Positions 1 to 9,462 of a DNA stretch of 38,372 nucleotides are shown here, one piece after another. Below the pieces are notes generated by a model. The model worked only from the letters and a program-made list of their open reading frames with translations, made no database searches and was not told the origin of the DNA. The translations under genes and the position numbers were made by a program. Position 1 is the stretch's first letter. Every line of letters begins with the position of its first letter. The stretch is from a virus. Lineage: Duplodnaviria > Heunggongvirae > Uroviricota > Caudoviricetes. The DNA is taken from the IMG/VR virus record IMGVR_UViG_2718218129_000003; one strand, written 5' to 3'.

Positions 1-258
1 ATGCAAACCGTTATTTTTGGTCGTTCGGGTTGCCCTTACTGTGTGCGTGCAAAAGATCTGGCTGAGAAATTGAGCAATGAACGCGATGATTTTCAGTATC
101 AGTATGTAGATATTCGTGCGGAAGGGATCACTAAAGAAGATCTACAACAAAAGGCAGGTAAACCCGTAGAAACCGTGCCGCAGATTTTTGTCGATCAGCA
201 ACATATCGGCGGCTATACCGATTTTGCTGCATGGGTGAAAGAAAATCTGGACGCCTGA
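1..258 (+). CDS. grxA: Glutaredoxin 1
   Basis: 85-aa ORF with the CPYC redox motif (GCPYCVRAKDL). Sequence is recognisable as E. coli GrxA; synteny with ybjM and ybjL supports this. Confidence 0.9.
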   Translation: MQTVIFGRSGCPYCVRAKDLAEKLSNERDDFQYQYVDIRAEGITKEDLQQKAGKPVETVPQIFVDQQHIGGYTDFAAWVKENLDA

Positions 259-267
259 TCGTCTGAC

Positions 268-300
268 AAGCCCTCGCGTTGAGGGCTTTACTGATTTTTT
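268..300. terminator. Hairpin terminator between convergent grxA and ybjM
   Basis: Stem AAGCCCTC / GAGGGCTT with a 5-nt loop, followed by a T-rich run (TTTACTGATTTTTT). Confidence 0.5.
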
Positions 301-665
301 CTGTGCTGTGGTTTAAACAAACTACTGATAAATAAGAAACACAGTGCCCCCAGCGCACACCAGAACACCGCGCTTAGTAACCATGCCAGCTCTTGCCAGA
401 ATGAGCGCGTCGGTGAAAAAAACAGCCGCATAATGAGCATCGAACAGGGTGCCGCCAGCATTGCGCCAAACAGAGGTTTCAGGACTTCTCTACGCTGTGA
501 AAAGAAGCTGGCGACTGCTCCAGGAAGAATGAAAAATAGCAAGCCGATTTCAGGATGCCCGGCAGCCCGAAAAGCGCCTTTCATGTGCGTCGCCAGAAAA
601 AGGCACACCACAATGAAGAGGACAAAACAGCAGATTGCCCCCGCCCAACGTTGTTTATGTTTCAC
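288..665 (-). CDS. ybjM: Inner membrane protein YbjM
   Basis: 125-aa hydrophobic multi-helix ORF. Size and position between grxA and ybjL match the E. coli arrangement. Confidence 0.7.
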   Translation of the reverse strand: MKHKQRWAGAICCFVLFIVVCLFLATHMKGAFRAAGHPEIGLLFFILPGAVASFFSQRREVLKPLFGAMLAAPCSMLIMRLFFSPTRSFWQELAWLLSAVFWCALGALCFLFISSLFKPQHRKNQ

Positions 666-934
666 TCGTTCCTCCTGACACTGCGTCTATCGAACACATT
701 TTTCGCCAGTGTGGCGTTCAGTAAGATAAAGCCGCTTCGCATTCCATGCTAATATAGGCCAACGCAATTCATATAGCCGTTGATACCTAATGTGATTACA
801 CTAGTAAAATATATTGTTACTTTACTATCGTTTAGGTGCGCTGAATGAATCTGCGCCCTGAATTCTGGTAAAAAACATTATCGTAAATTACCATTTCTTT
901 CAACAGCTTACTAGTAAACAAGAAGTTAGCCTCC

Positions 935-2620
935 GTGAATATAAACGTCGCCGAATTGTTAAATGGGAATTACATTCTGTTATTATTTGTGGTCCTCGCG
1001 CTTGGGCTATGTCTCGGAAAGTTACGACTTGGTTCGATCCAACTGGGTAATTCCATTGGCGTTTTAGTCGTATCGCTGTTATTAGGCCAACAACATTTCA
1101 GCATTAACACCGATGCGCTTAATCTTGGCTTTATGCTGTTTATTTTCTGCGTCGGGGTCGAAGCCGGACCGAACTTTTTTTCCATTTTTTTTCGCGATGG
1201 GAAAAATTACCTAATGTTAGCACTGGTGATGGTTGGCAGTGCGCTGGTGATCGCCTTAGGGTTAGGTAAGCTGTTTGGCTGGGATATTGGCCTGACGGCC
1301 GGTATGTTAGCAGGCTCTATGACGTCGACACCGGTTCTGGTCGGTGCTGGCGATACACTGCGTCATTCCGGCATGGAAAGCAGGCAGCTCTCACTGGCAC
1401 TGGATAATCTGAGCCTCGGGTATGCCTTAACCTATTTAATCGGTCTGGTGAGTTTGATTGTTGGTGCGCGTTACTTGCCGAAATTGCAGCATCAGGACTT
1501 ACAGACCAGCGCCCAGCAAATCGCCCGCGAACGTGGCCTGGACACTGATGCCAACCGTAAGGTTTATTTACCGGTGATCCGCGCCTATCGCGTCGGCCCG
1601 GAGCTGGTGGCCTGGACCGACGGCAAAAATCTGCGTGAACTGGGTATTTATCGACAAACCGGCTGCTACATTGAACGTATTCGACGTAACGGGATTCTGG
1701 CAAATCCAGACGGTGATGCCGTGCTACAAATGGGCGATGAAATAGCGTTGGTAGGCTATCCCGACGCCCATGCCCGACTCGATCCCAGCTTCCGTAACGG
1801 TAAAGAAGTTTTCGATCGTGACCTTCTCGACATGCGTATCGTCACTGAAGAAGTGGTCGTTAAAAACCATAACGCTGTAGGTAAACGTCTCGCACAACTG
1901 AAGTTGACCGATCACGGTTGCTTCCTTAACCGCGTCATTCGTAGCCAGATTGAGATGCCGATAGATGACAACGTCGTGCTTAACAAAGGTGACGTTTTAC
2001 AAGTCAGCGGTGATGCCCGTCGCGTAAAAACCATCGCCGATCGCATCGGCTTTATCTCGATTCACAGCCAGGTCACTGACCTGCTGGCATTTTGCGCCTT
2101 CTTTGTTATTGGGCTGATGATCGGGATGATCACCTTCCAGTTCAGCACATTCAGTTTCGGCATGGGGAACGCTGCCGGGTTGTTATTCGCCGGAATTATG
2201 CTGGGCTTTATGCGTGCTAACCACCCGACCTTCGGTTACATTCCGCAAGGTGCATTAAGCATGGTGAAAGAGTTCGGCTTGATGGTGTTTATGGCAGGCG
2301 TTGGTCTGAGCGCCGGTAGCGGTATTAATAACGGCCTGGGCGCGATTGGCGGTCAGATGTTGATTGCCGGATTAATTGTCAGTCTTGTGCCCGTGGTTAT
2401 CTGTTTCTTGTTCGGTGCTTATGTATTGCGAATGAACCGCGCACTGTTGTTCGGCGCAATGATGGGCGCACGCACCTGCGCGCCGGCAATGGAGATCATC
2501 AGTGATACAGCTCGCAGTAACATCCCTGCGCTGGGCTACGCGGGCACCTACGCAATCGCCAACGTCCTGCTGACGCTGGCAGGGACAATCATCGTCATGG
2601 TATGGCCAGGATTAGGATAA
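935..2620 (+). CDS. ybjL: Putative transport protein YbjL (AAE/YidE-YbjL family, two TrkA-C domains)
   Basis: 561-aa ORF with a GTG start, membrane domains at both ends and a soluble middle region. N-terminus [16 protein letters not shown] is recognisable as YbjL. Confidence 0.85.
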
Positions 2621-2732
2621 AACTGAAGTTGCCCTGAAAATGAAATTTTTTTGCACAACCGCAGAACTTTTCCGCAGGGCATCAGTCTTAATTAGTGCCA
2701 CTGCTTTTCTTTGATGTCCCCATTTTGTGGAG

Positions 2733-2778
2733 CCCATCAACCCCGCCATTTCGGTTCAAGGTTGATGGGTTTTTTGTT
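2733..2778 (+). terminator. Rho-independent terminator downstream of ybjL
   Basis: 10-bp stem CCCATCAACC / GGTTGATGGG with a 17-nt loop, followed by TTTTTTGTT. Confidence 0.5.
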
Positions 2779-2866
2779 GCCTGTTAGATTACTCTCGATA
2801 AAATAATCACTTACTAGCCATATCAGCCTGCAATGGCGACAAAGTGGCGACAGAGAGAGAAAGAGC

Positions 2867-3388
2867 GTGTCCTTATCATTTAGTGACTCAGTAGCAATCG
2901 TCGGAATCATTGTAGGAATTTTGTGTATTGTTGTGGGATTGCCCGCACTTCTAACATTTATCCCACAACGGAAAGAGGCAAAAAGATTACGCAGGGAAAG
3001 ATATGCACAAATTCTAAAAGGTAAAAGTTGGAATAACCTTGGAGTTAACCATGGATTTCCTGAGCCATCACTGGACATACGAATTAACACCGTAGATAAC
3101 GCAGGTACACTTCAAGGTGAGATTATCAACTGCCAAAGTAATGTTATGGATTTAGATAAAATAACATTCCATATCAATGGTAAGCTAACCGATAAAGGAA
3201 CTGCATCAATAACACTATGCACTGCTATCGGATGGCGCCAAGTACCGGTGGGAGTTGCGAAATTACGTTATCGCGAAAAAGATGACACACTAGATTTCAT
3301 CTATCTGCATGATCATAAATTCAATCCAACCTTATCATGGGAACTAAGCCTCCCTCGGTTTACTACCTACGGACTAGTTGGCTGCTAA
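2867..3388 (+). CDS. Hypothetical membrane-anchored protein (N-terminal TM helix), AT-rich cargo gene at the prophage edge
   Basis: 173-aa ORF with a GTG start after a purine-rich stretch. N-terminal hydrophobic helix VAIVGIIVGILCIVVGLPALL followed by a basic stretch. Visibly more AT-rich than flanking host and phage DNA. No family recognised. Confidence 0.5.
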   Translation: MSLSFSDSVAIVGIIVGILCIVVGLPALLTFIPQRKEAKRLRRERYAQILKGKSWNNLGVNHGFPEPSLDIRINTVDNAGTLQGEIINCQSNVMDLDKITFHINGKLTDKGTASITLCTAIGWRQVPVGVAKLRYREKDDTLDFIYLHDHKFNPTLSWELSLPRFTTYGLVGC

Positions 3389-3509
3389 CTCTTTGTATAT
3401 GGTTCATGCCAGTCTGAACCCAAAAGGTAAATGGCTGCATATCCCTTTCTCTGAATTAAACCAGTAAAAACCCTCCAGCGGTGGGTTAATATTAGTAAGC
3501 TAATTGTTC

Positions 3510-3707
3510 TTAAATTCCGTTCGGATGAGGTGGCGCAGCGCTGATTTTTTGCGGGCGGCACACTGACCGCACAAAAGTCTCATGGGTCACGAAGGTATGT
3601 CCACACTCGATGTTAGTGCACTGGTTGTAACGCTCTTTGGTCAATGAAGATACCTGAAAACTGCTGCGAGTATGGGCGGCACTTCCACACAGTGGGCAAA
3701 TCATCAT
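3510..3707 (-). CDS. ogr: Ogr/Delta (186 B) family zinc-finger late transcription activator
   Basis: CPLCGSAAH...C(x4)C zinc-finger pattern typical of P2 Ogr. Located immediately after gene D as in P2 and 186. Start chosen at the internal Met (MICPLCG); the ORF track extends to 3740. Confidence 0.85.
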   Translation of the reverse strand: MMICPLCGSAAHTRSSFQVSSLTKERYNQCTNIECGHTFVTHETFVRSVCRPQKISAAPPHPNGI

Positions 3708-3797
3708 TTTTCGAGTTCTCCCCATTTTTGCTAAATTCATAATAATGATACCGTATTATTCCATTTTGCAAACTTAAAAGTTCTCCATTGCGAAGAA

Positions 3798-4898
3798 TCA
3801 TTCTATTTCGAAATCATCAATCCTCACTTCAAGCTCCAGACTGGTCGTAAAACCGTTATCCGGGCTGACGGTATGTGTCAGAGTCGTAATGGTCCATTCC
3901 GCATCATCTATCGGCTGTTTAAAACCACTGACTTTCACTGGCATTTCCGTGTAGAGATCTGCCCGACCTTCCGCCAGTTGTAGCGAGAATGACGCAACGC
4001 CGCGTTGCAGGCGTTCCCACTGCATTTTCGCTGCCCGTTCAGCGTTGCTCCGGTTGGCATAAGTGCGATTAAGTACCAGCACGTTTTCATCCGTACCCAC
4101 CAGGTAATCGCCCTGCTTCGCTTCCGGCTCTTTCTTCTGCTTCTTAGTCCTGCGCTTACGCTTCACCGTTGTGCTTTCTTTCTTCGCGGGTTCGCGGGTA
4201 TGCAACCAACTGGCAATTACGCCCGTATAGGCTCCGCGATCTGCCAGGGTAAAGCGGTGACTGTCGCCGTCCTTACGTGTGATAGTGATCACCGGCAGTG
4301 GTTTACCGCTGACACTTTTACTCTGTCCCTGTCGGATGAATAACAGATTGCCATTTTTCACCGACGCAATAGCACCGTACTGGCGCGCCAGCCGCATCAG
4401 AAAACTGCCGTCACTCTCATTAGTCTGGTCTATATGCTCCACGGGCTTATCCGACAGGTCTTTACCCAGTGCCATCTTCAGCTTGTGACGTACGGCTATT
4501 TCCTTCACTACTTCCCCGACGGTGGTCTTGTGCCACGACTTTTCACGGCGGGTATTCAGCGTTTCACGAAAATCAGCACTTCGCGCCCGAATAGTCAGGC
4601 GGTCCGGTGCGCCAGTGTGTTCAATCTCGTCCACCGTGAATGCCCCTTTCGGGAAAAGCGGCTGCCCCTTCCAGCCCAGCGCCAGCGTAATGACCGCACC
4701 ACGGCGCGGCAGCACGATTTTTCCATCGGCGTCGTCCAGCTCCAGATCAAGCTGGTCCGCTTCAAATCCCCGGTTATCCGTCAGCGTCAGCCCCATCAGG
4801 CGGTTGTCCAGCACAGTGGTGATATCCCTGCCTTCAATACTGATGCTGAATGCCGGAGTTTTGTTGCCTTTGTTAAGCAGTTCAGAGCTGAAATTCAC
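3798..4898 (-). CDS. D: Late control gene D tail protein
   Basis: 366-aa ORF in the syntenic position after U. Size and position match P2 gpD. Confidence 0.85.
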   Translation of the reverse strand: MNFSSELLNKGNKTPAFSISIEGRDITTVLDNRLMGLTLTDNRGFEADQLDLELDDADGKIVLPRRGAVITLALGWKGQPLFPKGAFTVDEIEHTGAPDRLTIRARSADFRETLNTRREKSWHKTTVGEVVKEIAVRHKLKMALGKDLSDKPVEHIDQTNESDGSFLMRLARQYGAIASVKNGNLLFIRQGQSKSVSGKPLPVITITRKDGDSHRFTLADRGAYTGVIASWLHTREPAKKESTTVKRKRRTKKQKKEPEAKQGDYLVGTDENVLVLNRTYANRSNAERAAKMQWERLQRGVASFSLQLAEGRADLYTEMPVKVSGFKQPIDDAEWTITTLTHTVSPDNGFTTSLELEVRIDDFEIE

Positions 4899-5380
4899 GA
4901 CAGAAGCCCTCCCACCGTTTTACTGATATCGCTTAAGGCAGATGTTGCCGTTCCCTGCAGATTATTCAGTTGCGCACTGAGATCACCGAACATATCGGAC
5001 AGGGATTCATCCACCCGCTTGAGCGACAAGGTGAACTCAATCCGGCGCGGCATACCGTCGCGGAAAAACTCCGTTTTAGTCTGATTCAGTCCCTCAATCA
5101 CATACATGCCGTAAATCGTGCCGCTGCCTTCAATCAGAGGCCATGCTTTCCCCTGTTCTGCCATCTGCTCAAGTGCCAGCAACGACAGCCTGCCGCCTGT
5201 TATCTCCGGCATAAGAACACCGGAAAGCGTCAGCATGTCGTTGTCTGGTCCCAGAAACTGCGTGGACGGACGACGATTTACCCGGCTGTTAGCCGCATGT
5301 CGCCAGCTGCGTTGATACTGCAGTTCCTGATACGGCACGGTGCGCAGCATAAACACGTACAATCCCAGCACCATCATCAT
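4895..5380 (-). CDS. U: Tail protein U
   Basis: 161-aa ORF overlapping the D start by 4 nt. Syntenic with P2 gpU. Confidence 0.85.
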   Translation of the reverse strand: MMMVLGLYVFMLRTVPYQELQYQRSWRHAANSRVNRRPSTQFLGPDNDMLTLSGVLMPEITGGRLSLLALEQMAEQGKAWPLIEGSGTIYGMYVIEGLNQTKTEFFRDGMPRRIEFTLSLKRVDESLSDMFGDLSAQLNNLQGTATSALSDISKTVGGLLS

Positions 5381-8300
5381 GCGTCGTATCCCCCCTGATC
5401 GCTGTAGTTACTCCTGGCTTTTGCCTTCAGCCTGCGTTCACGTTCATCAAGCTGGCGGGCCACCTCCCGCGCAATATCCTGCGCACTTTGTCCTGGCAGT
5501 GTCTGGATGATGATCTGCGTCGGTGCTTCAATCCGGTAAACAGGCGGCACAGTGGCTGCGCGACTCACAATTGCTTCACCGCCTTTCGCGGGAAGCGCCA
5601 AAGGATGCAACGGTGGAAGCTCTGCTGGCGCGGCAGCAACCCCCATCATTCCGGCGACAACGGCAGCCAGTGCAGCTGTATTTCTCCGGCTGGTCACGTT
5701 TGCCGGGCCGTTAACAATTTCCGGCCCGTTTTCACCGACGATGCCAAACTGCCCACGCGGGATATAGCCGCCGCTGTCATACATCCCCGCAAAGCCATAT
5801 CCCCATGACGGAAAACCACCCGATGGAATCATCACTTTACCGTCTGCATTCACCGTCGCAGGTTGCTGACGCGTCACGCTTTCCGGCAGTTTTGCCTTTG
5901 CGGCCTCTTTACTGACAATGCCGAGCTTCTCCAGCAACCAGGAAACGCCGGATTTCAGGGAGTCCAGCGGATGCATGACCATATTCAGCCCTTCCGCCAG
6001 TGCCTCCCCGAATCTCCGCCCCATTGCCGCTGTACTCTGCAGTTCGGCAGAGGTCGACTTAATGGGCGTCAGCAGATCAGTAAACCAGCCCCACAGCGCC
6101 TGTACTTTGTCGCCAATCCACTGGAACACGGGCTTAAGCTGTTCGAATGCTGCACTGACGGGACCTGCCGCCGCTTTGAATCCTTCCACCACGCCACCAA
6201 GAAATGCGGTGATGGGTTGCCAGTATTTCCACACAACCAGCGCCACGCCCGCCAGTGCAGTAACCACAAGACCTATCGGACTGAGCAGAGCACCTAACAG
6301 ACCAGATACGGCATACAGGGCAACGCGCAGCATCGCCAGTGGACCAGATGCCAGTACTCGCAGCACCGTGCCTGCGGCGGCCAGTCCACCGCGCAGTACC
6401 GCCAGAGGATTCATAAACATCACAGCAACAGCACGTAAACCGGATAATCCAGACTGCAAAAGTGCAACCGGCGCACCTGCTACAGTTTTCAGGACATTTC
6501 CCGTCAGTGATGCCGTGCGGCGCAAAGACGACAACGGCGCAGTAAGTAAACCTGCGGCGTTGCCCGATGAAGCAAGCCCGCGTCGCAGCAGTGCCAGTGG
6601 TGCGCCAGCCAGCCAGGACAACGCGTTGCTGGTTCGGGTTACTGCTGCCGTAACGGAAGGTAACGTTTTGATACCCAGCACAGAGAATCCCAGACGGATC
6701 ACTGCCAGCGGCCCCAGAACTGCAGCCAGCGCCACCGCTAAGGTGCCGAGGCCTACGGTAACCGCAGCCACAACAGCCGCTACTTTCATCAGTGTGCCTG
6801 TCAGTTCCGGGTTAGCTTCCACCCAGCGGCGCAACGCCCCCGTGATGCTTTTCACCGTGTACAGAATATCCATCAGCGGCTGGCGCAGCGTTTCGCCCAG
6901 GCTGCTGAAGGTGTTCTGCGCTCCAGTTTTGACCAGCAACCACTGAGCAGAAAGTGAGTCTTTGTTGATGTCGGATTCTTTCTGCATGGAACCGAGCGCA
7001 TCATTGCCCGCTGTCAGTTTTAGCTGGCGCTGCAGTTCCGGCAGGTTGTTTGCCAGTTTCGCCGCGTCATCACCAAACTCTTTACCAAACAACATGGTCA
7101 TGGCAGACAGACGCTTGTCCTGCGGCAGTGCGTTCACCTTCTCCAGCACACGCTGGATAGTTCCCATCGCATCCTTCGTCATCTGCTTTTCAATCACTTC
7201 AGGATTGAGTTTCAGCAGATTCATCCCTTCAAAGAAACTCTTGCTTTGCATGGTGGCAATGGACAATTCACGCACCATCGCGTTTGCTGCACTGGCTGCA
7301 ACCTCCGGCGCAGCACCCAGAGTCAGGAAGGTGGACCCCAGCGCCGCCGCTTTACGATAATCCAGACGGTCAGCCACACCGCCCAGACGTTGCATCACAT
7401 CGATGATGTCCGCCCCTTTCGACATGGCGTTATCATCCAGATAGTTCAGCGCATCACCGAGCTGTTCAATATTGCGGGTAGGTATTTTGTAGAGCTGGGC
7501 GATTTTCCCCAGACTTTCTGACAGTTCATCCGCTGGCAGCTCAAAGGCTGTTGCCGCCTTTGCCGCCGTACTGGCGAAGGCCAGCAGGTCACGTTTCTGG
7601 TCTTCCCAGCTGTCGTCAGGGTTTGCGACGTTCATACGCGCACCACCTTCAACCAGTGCAGCGAAGTCCACCGCACCGTTTTCCATCGGCAACTGTTCGC
7701 TGGCAGCCTTGATGGCATCCTGCATTTCATAAAAACGTGCAGTACGGTTTCCATTATCGTCACGCAGACCATTGACCTGCTTTGCCACACCTTTCATGGC
7801 ATCTTCCATGCTGGTATAGCTTTTTACTGCCGCCATCACTGGCGTCCCCATTGCCAGCCCTGCAGCCGTGGTAGTGGCTCCGGCTCCTGCAATACGATCG
7901 CGCACCTCCAGCGAACGGGCATAACTGGCACGCGCCGCATTCATCCTGCGCTGAGCTTCACCCAGTCGCTTCAGCCGCGCCTCCTGTTTCGACAATTCCT
8001 GGTTATAACGTGATGTTTCACGGGCTAAACGGGCAGTTGCTCCCGCATCATCTTTCGCAGAAATTCCCGCCCGGTACAGTTCTGCACGCACAAGCGCCGT
8101 TTGCTTCTGCAAATATTTTTGTTGTTCTTCCAGGCGTTGGACTGCCAGCGTTTGCCGACCTAAAGCCACAAGGTGCCGTTGTGATGGTTGTTCCATCGCC
8201 TCCAGCTCAGAGCTAAGCAAATTAGCCTTCTGTCTGGCATAGTTCAGCCTGTCGCCTAACTTCTTGTTATCGGCCTGCAGCTTGCGAAATTTTTCCAGGC

Positions 8301-8454
8301 TGTTACCCGCCTGATTGAGTTGCTTTAATGCGTCACGGGAATTTCTGATTGCGCCAGCCAGCTCTTTCGAACTGGCCTGTGCAGCACGGAATGGGCGGGT
8401 GAGTTTGTCAACCGCATTAAGAATGACCTGCAGCCGCAGGTTGTTATCACTCAT
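5377..8454 (-). CDS. T: Tail tape measure protein
   Basis: 1025-aa ORF with coiled-coil N-terminal region and Ala/Gly/Leu-rich internal repeats. Positioned after E/E+E'. Confidence 0.9.
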   Translation of the reverse strand: MSDNNLRLQVILNAVDKLTRPFRAAQASSKELAGAIRNSRDALKQLNQAGNSLEKFRKLQADNKKLGDRLNYARQKANLLSSELEAMEQPSQRHLVALGRQTLAVQRLEEQQKYLQKQTALVRAELYRAGISAKDDAGATARLARETSRYNQELSKQEARLKRLGEAQRRMNAARASYARSLEVRDRIAGAGATTTAAGLAMGTPVMAAVKSYTSMEDAMKGVAKQVNGLRDDNGNRTARFYEMQDAIKAASEQLPMENGAVDFAALVEGGARMNVANPDDSWEDQKRDLLAFASTAAKAATAFELPADELSESLGKIAQLYKIPTRNIEQLGDALNYLDDNAMSKGADIIDVMQRLGGVADRLDYRKAAALGSTFLTLGAAPEVAASAANAMVRELSIATMQSKSFFEGMNLLKLNPEVIEKQMTKDAMGTIQRVLEKVNALPQDKRLSAMTMLFGKEFGDDAAKLANNLPELQRQLKLTAGNDALGSMQKESDINKDSLSAQWLLVKTGAQNTFSSLGETLRQPLMDILYTVKSITGALRRWVEANPELTGTLMKVAAVVAAVTVGLGTLAVALAAVLGPLAVIRLGFSVLGIKTLPSVTAAVTRTSNALSWLAGAPLALLRRGLASSGNAAGLLTAPLSSLRRTASLTGNVLKTVAGAPVALLQSGLSGLRAVAVMFMNPLAVLRGGLAAAGTVLRVLASGPLAMLRVALYAVSGLLGALLSPIGLVVTALAGVALVVWKYWQPITAFLGGVVEGFKAAAGPVSAAFEQLKPVFQWIGDKVQALWGWFTDLLTPIKSTSAELQSTAAMGRRFGEALAEGLNMVMHPLDSLKSGVSWLLEKLGIVSKEAAKAKLPESVTRQQPATVNADGKVMIPSGGFPSWGYGFAGMYDSGGYIPRGQFGIVGENGPEIVNGPANVTSRRNTAALAAVVAGMMGVAAAPAELPPLHPLALPAKGGEAIVSRAATVPPVYRIEAPTQIIIQTLPGQSAQDIAREVARQLDERERRLKAKARSNYSDQGGYDA

Positions 8455-8883
8455 CGTTGGCCCCGCTTCTCTGAATCGCTTTATACCGCCATTCCAGCAC
8501 TTCGGTCAGCGGCATAACGTCAGTAACGGATGGCGGCCAGTGAAAAATGGTGGCGATATCTGCCACCAGATCGTCAACCGTCAGGCTGTCGGTAAACCGG
8601 CAAGCACCGACTTCTTCAACAAAAAAGTGACAACCTCAACCGACATGGCGGTGAGATCTGCCGGGTCCATCTCTGCAATTTCCTGCGCGGTCAGTGCCGG
8701 GCTGGAGATGCGGGGGATCACGGTCATCATCGCGTTCACATCCATATCCATAATGGCCTGCAGGCGTGTACCGCGCAGCGCACCGGACTGCGGTTTACGC
8801 AGCACAATTTCGGTAATTTCTGTTTTACCACGCTTGATAGGGGTATCCAGTTGAATAGTCTTTTCAGTCTGCTTATCGCTCAT
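8447..8883 (-). CDS. Tail assembly chaperone E+E' (-1 programmed frameshift product)
   Basis: After a -1 slip at TTTTTTG (minus-strand 8626..8620), the reading frame stays open for 57 further codons (VEEVGACRFTDSLTVDDLVADIATIFHWPPSVTDVMPLTEVLEWRYKAIQRSGANDE) and stops at a TGA overlapping the T start codon. Same architecture as P2 E/E+E'. Confidence 0.7.
8581..8883 (-). CDS. E: Tail assembly chaperone E
   Basis: 100-aa ORF upstream of T. Contains the slippery heptamer TTTTTTG near its 3' end. Confidence 0.8.
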   Translation of the reverse strand: MSDKQTEKTIQLDTPIKRGKTEITEIVLRKPQSGALRGTRLQAIMDMDVNAMMTVIPRISSPALTAQEIAEMDPADLTAMSVEVVTFLLKKSVLAGLPTA

Positions 8884-8937
8884 TTTATTGTCCTGTAAAT
8901 TGGGTTCTGGCGCGGAATCCCGCGCCGTTCAGATACA

Positions 8938-9453
8938 TCAGAGGCCGAGGGCGTTGCGGTGTGCTTCCATCAGGTCCACACCGTCCACAATTTCCACCAT
9001 GTTGATAAGGTCCACTTCATAGAGCACCTCACCATTGATAGTCAGCTTCGCGTAGCTGTTGGTACTGGTCACTTTGGTGGTGTTGCTTTCGCCCGTCTTC
9101 CACTCGCCGGAATCCACTTCTTTGTGACGTCCACGCACCACAAGCTCCACGGCCTGCACTTCCCCGGTATCGTCACGCTGGATAGAGCCGGTAAAGCGCA
9201 ACTGGATACCATCCACCGTGGCTTTGCCCATCTGCTTAAACAGCAGCAGTTCAGTACCACCAATGGAAAATTCCGTATCCAGTGCGCCGTCATCCAGTCC
9301 CAGATCCACATCCACTGCACCCGGCATTCCGCCGCCGCGATACTTCTCATATTTGCGGGTGAATTTCGGCAGCGTCAGCGACTCAACGATCCCCTGCCAG
9401 TTGTTCCCGTCATTAAACAGGTTCAGGTGTTTTAATTTGCGTGGTAAAGCCAT
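8938..9453 (-). CDS. FII: Major tail tube protein
   Basis: 171-aa ORF between sheath and E. Syntenic with P2 FII. Confidence 0.85.
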   Translation of the reverse strand: MALPRKLKHLNLFNDGNNWQGIVESLTLPKFTRKYEKYRGGGMPGAVDVDLGLDDGALDTEFSIGGTELLLFKQMGKATVDGIQLRFTGSIQRDDTGEVQAVELVVRGRHKEVDSGEWKTGESNTTKVTSTNSYAKLTINGEVLYEVDLINMVEIVDGVDLMEAHRNALGL

Positions 9454-9462
9454 GTTGTCCCC

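Noticed and set aside
433-752. Plus-strand ORFs of 81 and 65 aa overlapping ybjM
   Set aside because: Antisense to the membrane protein gene ybjM, basic and low-complexity. The host annotation has no gene here.
2733-2769. Possible tRNA-like 3' end or att core in the hairpin downstream of ybjL
   Set aside because: It is a simple stem-loop followed by a T-run with no cloverleaf features, so it is better explained as a terminator.
5488-7521. Numerous long plus-strand ORFs (up to 342 aa) overlapping the tape measure gene
   Set aside because: They are antisense to a well-supported 1025-aa gene, low-complexity (Ala/Pro/Ser/Arg-rich) as expected from GC-rich antisense frames, and have no ribosome-binding sites or synteny support.
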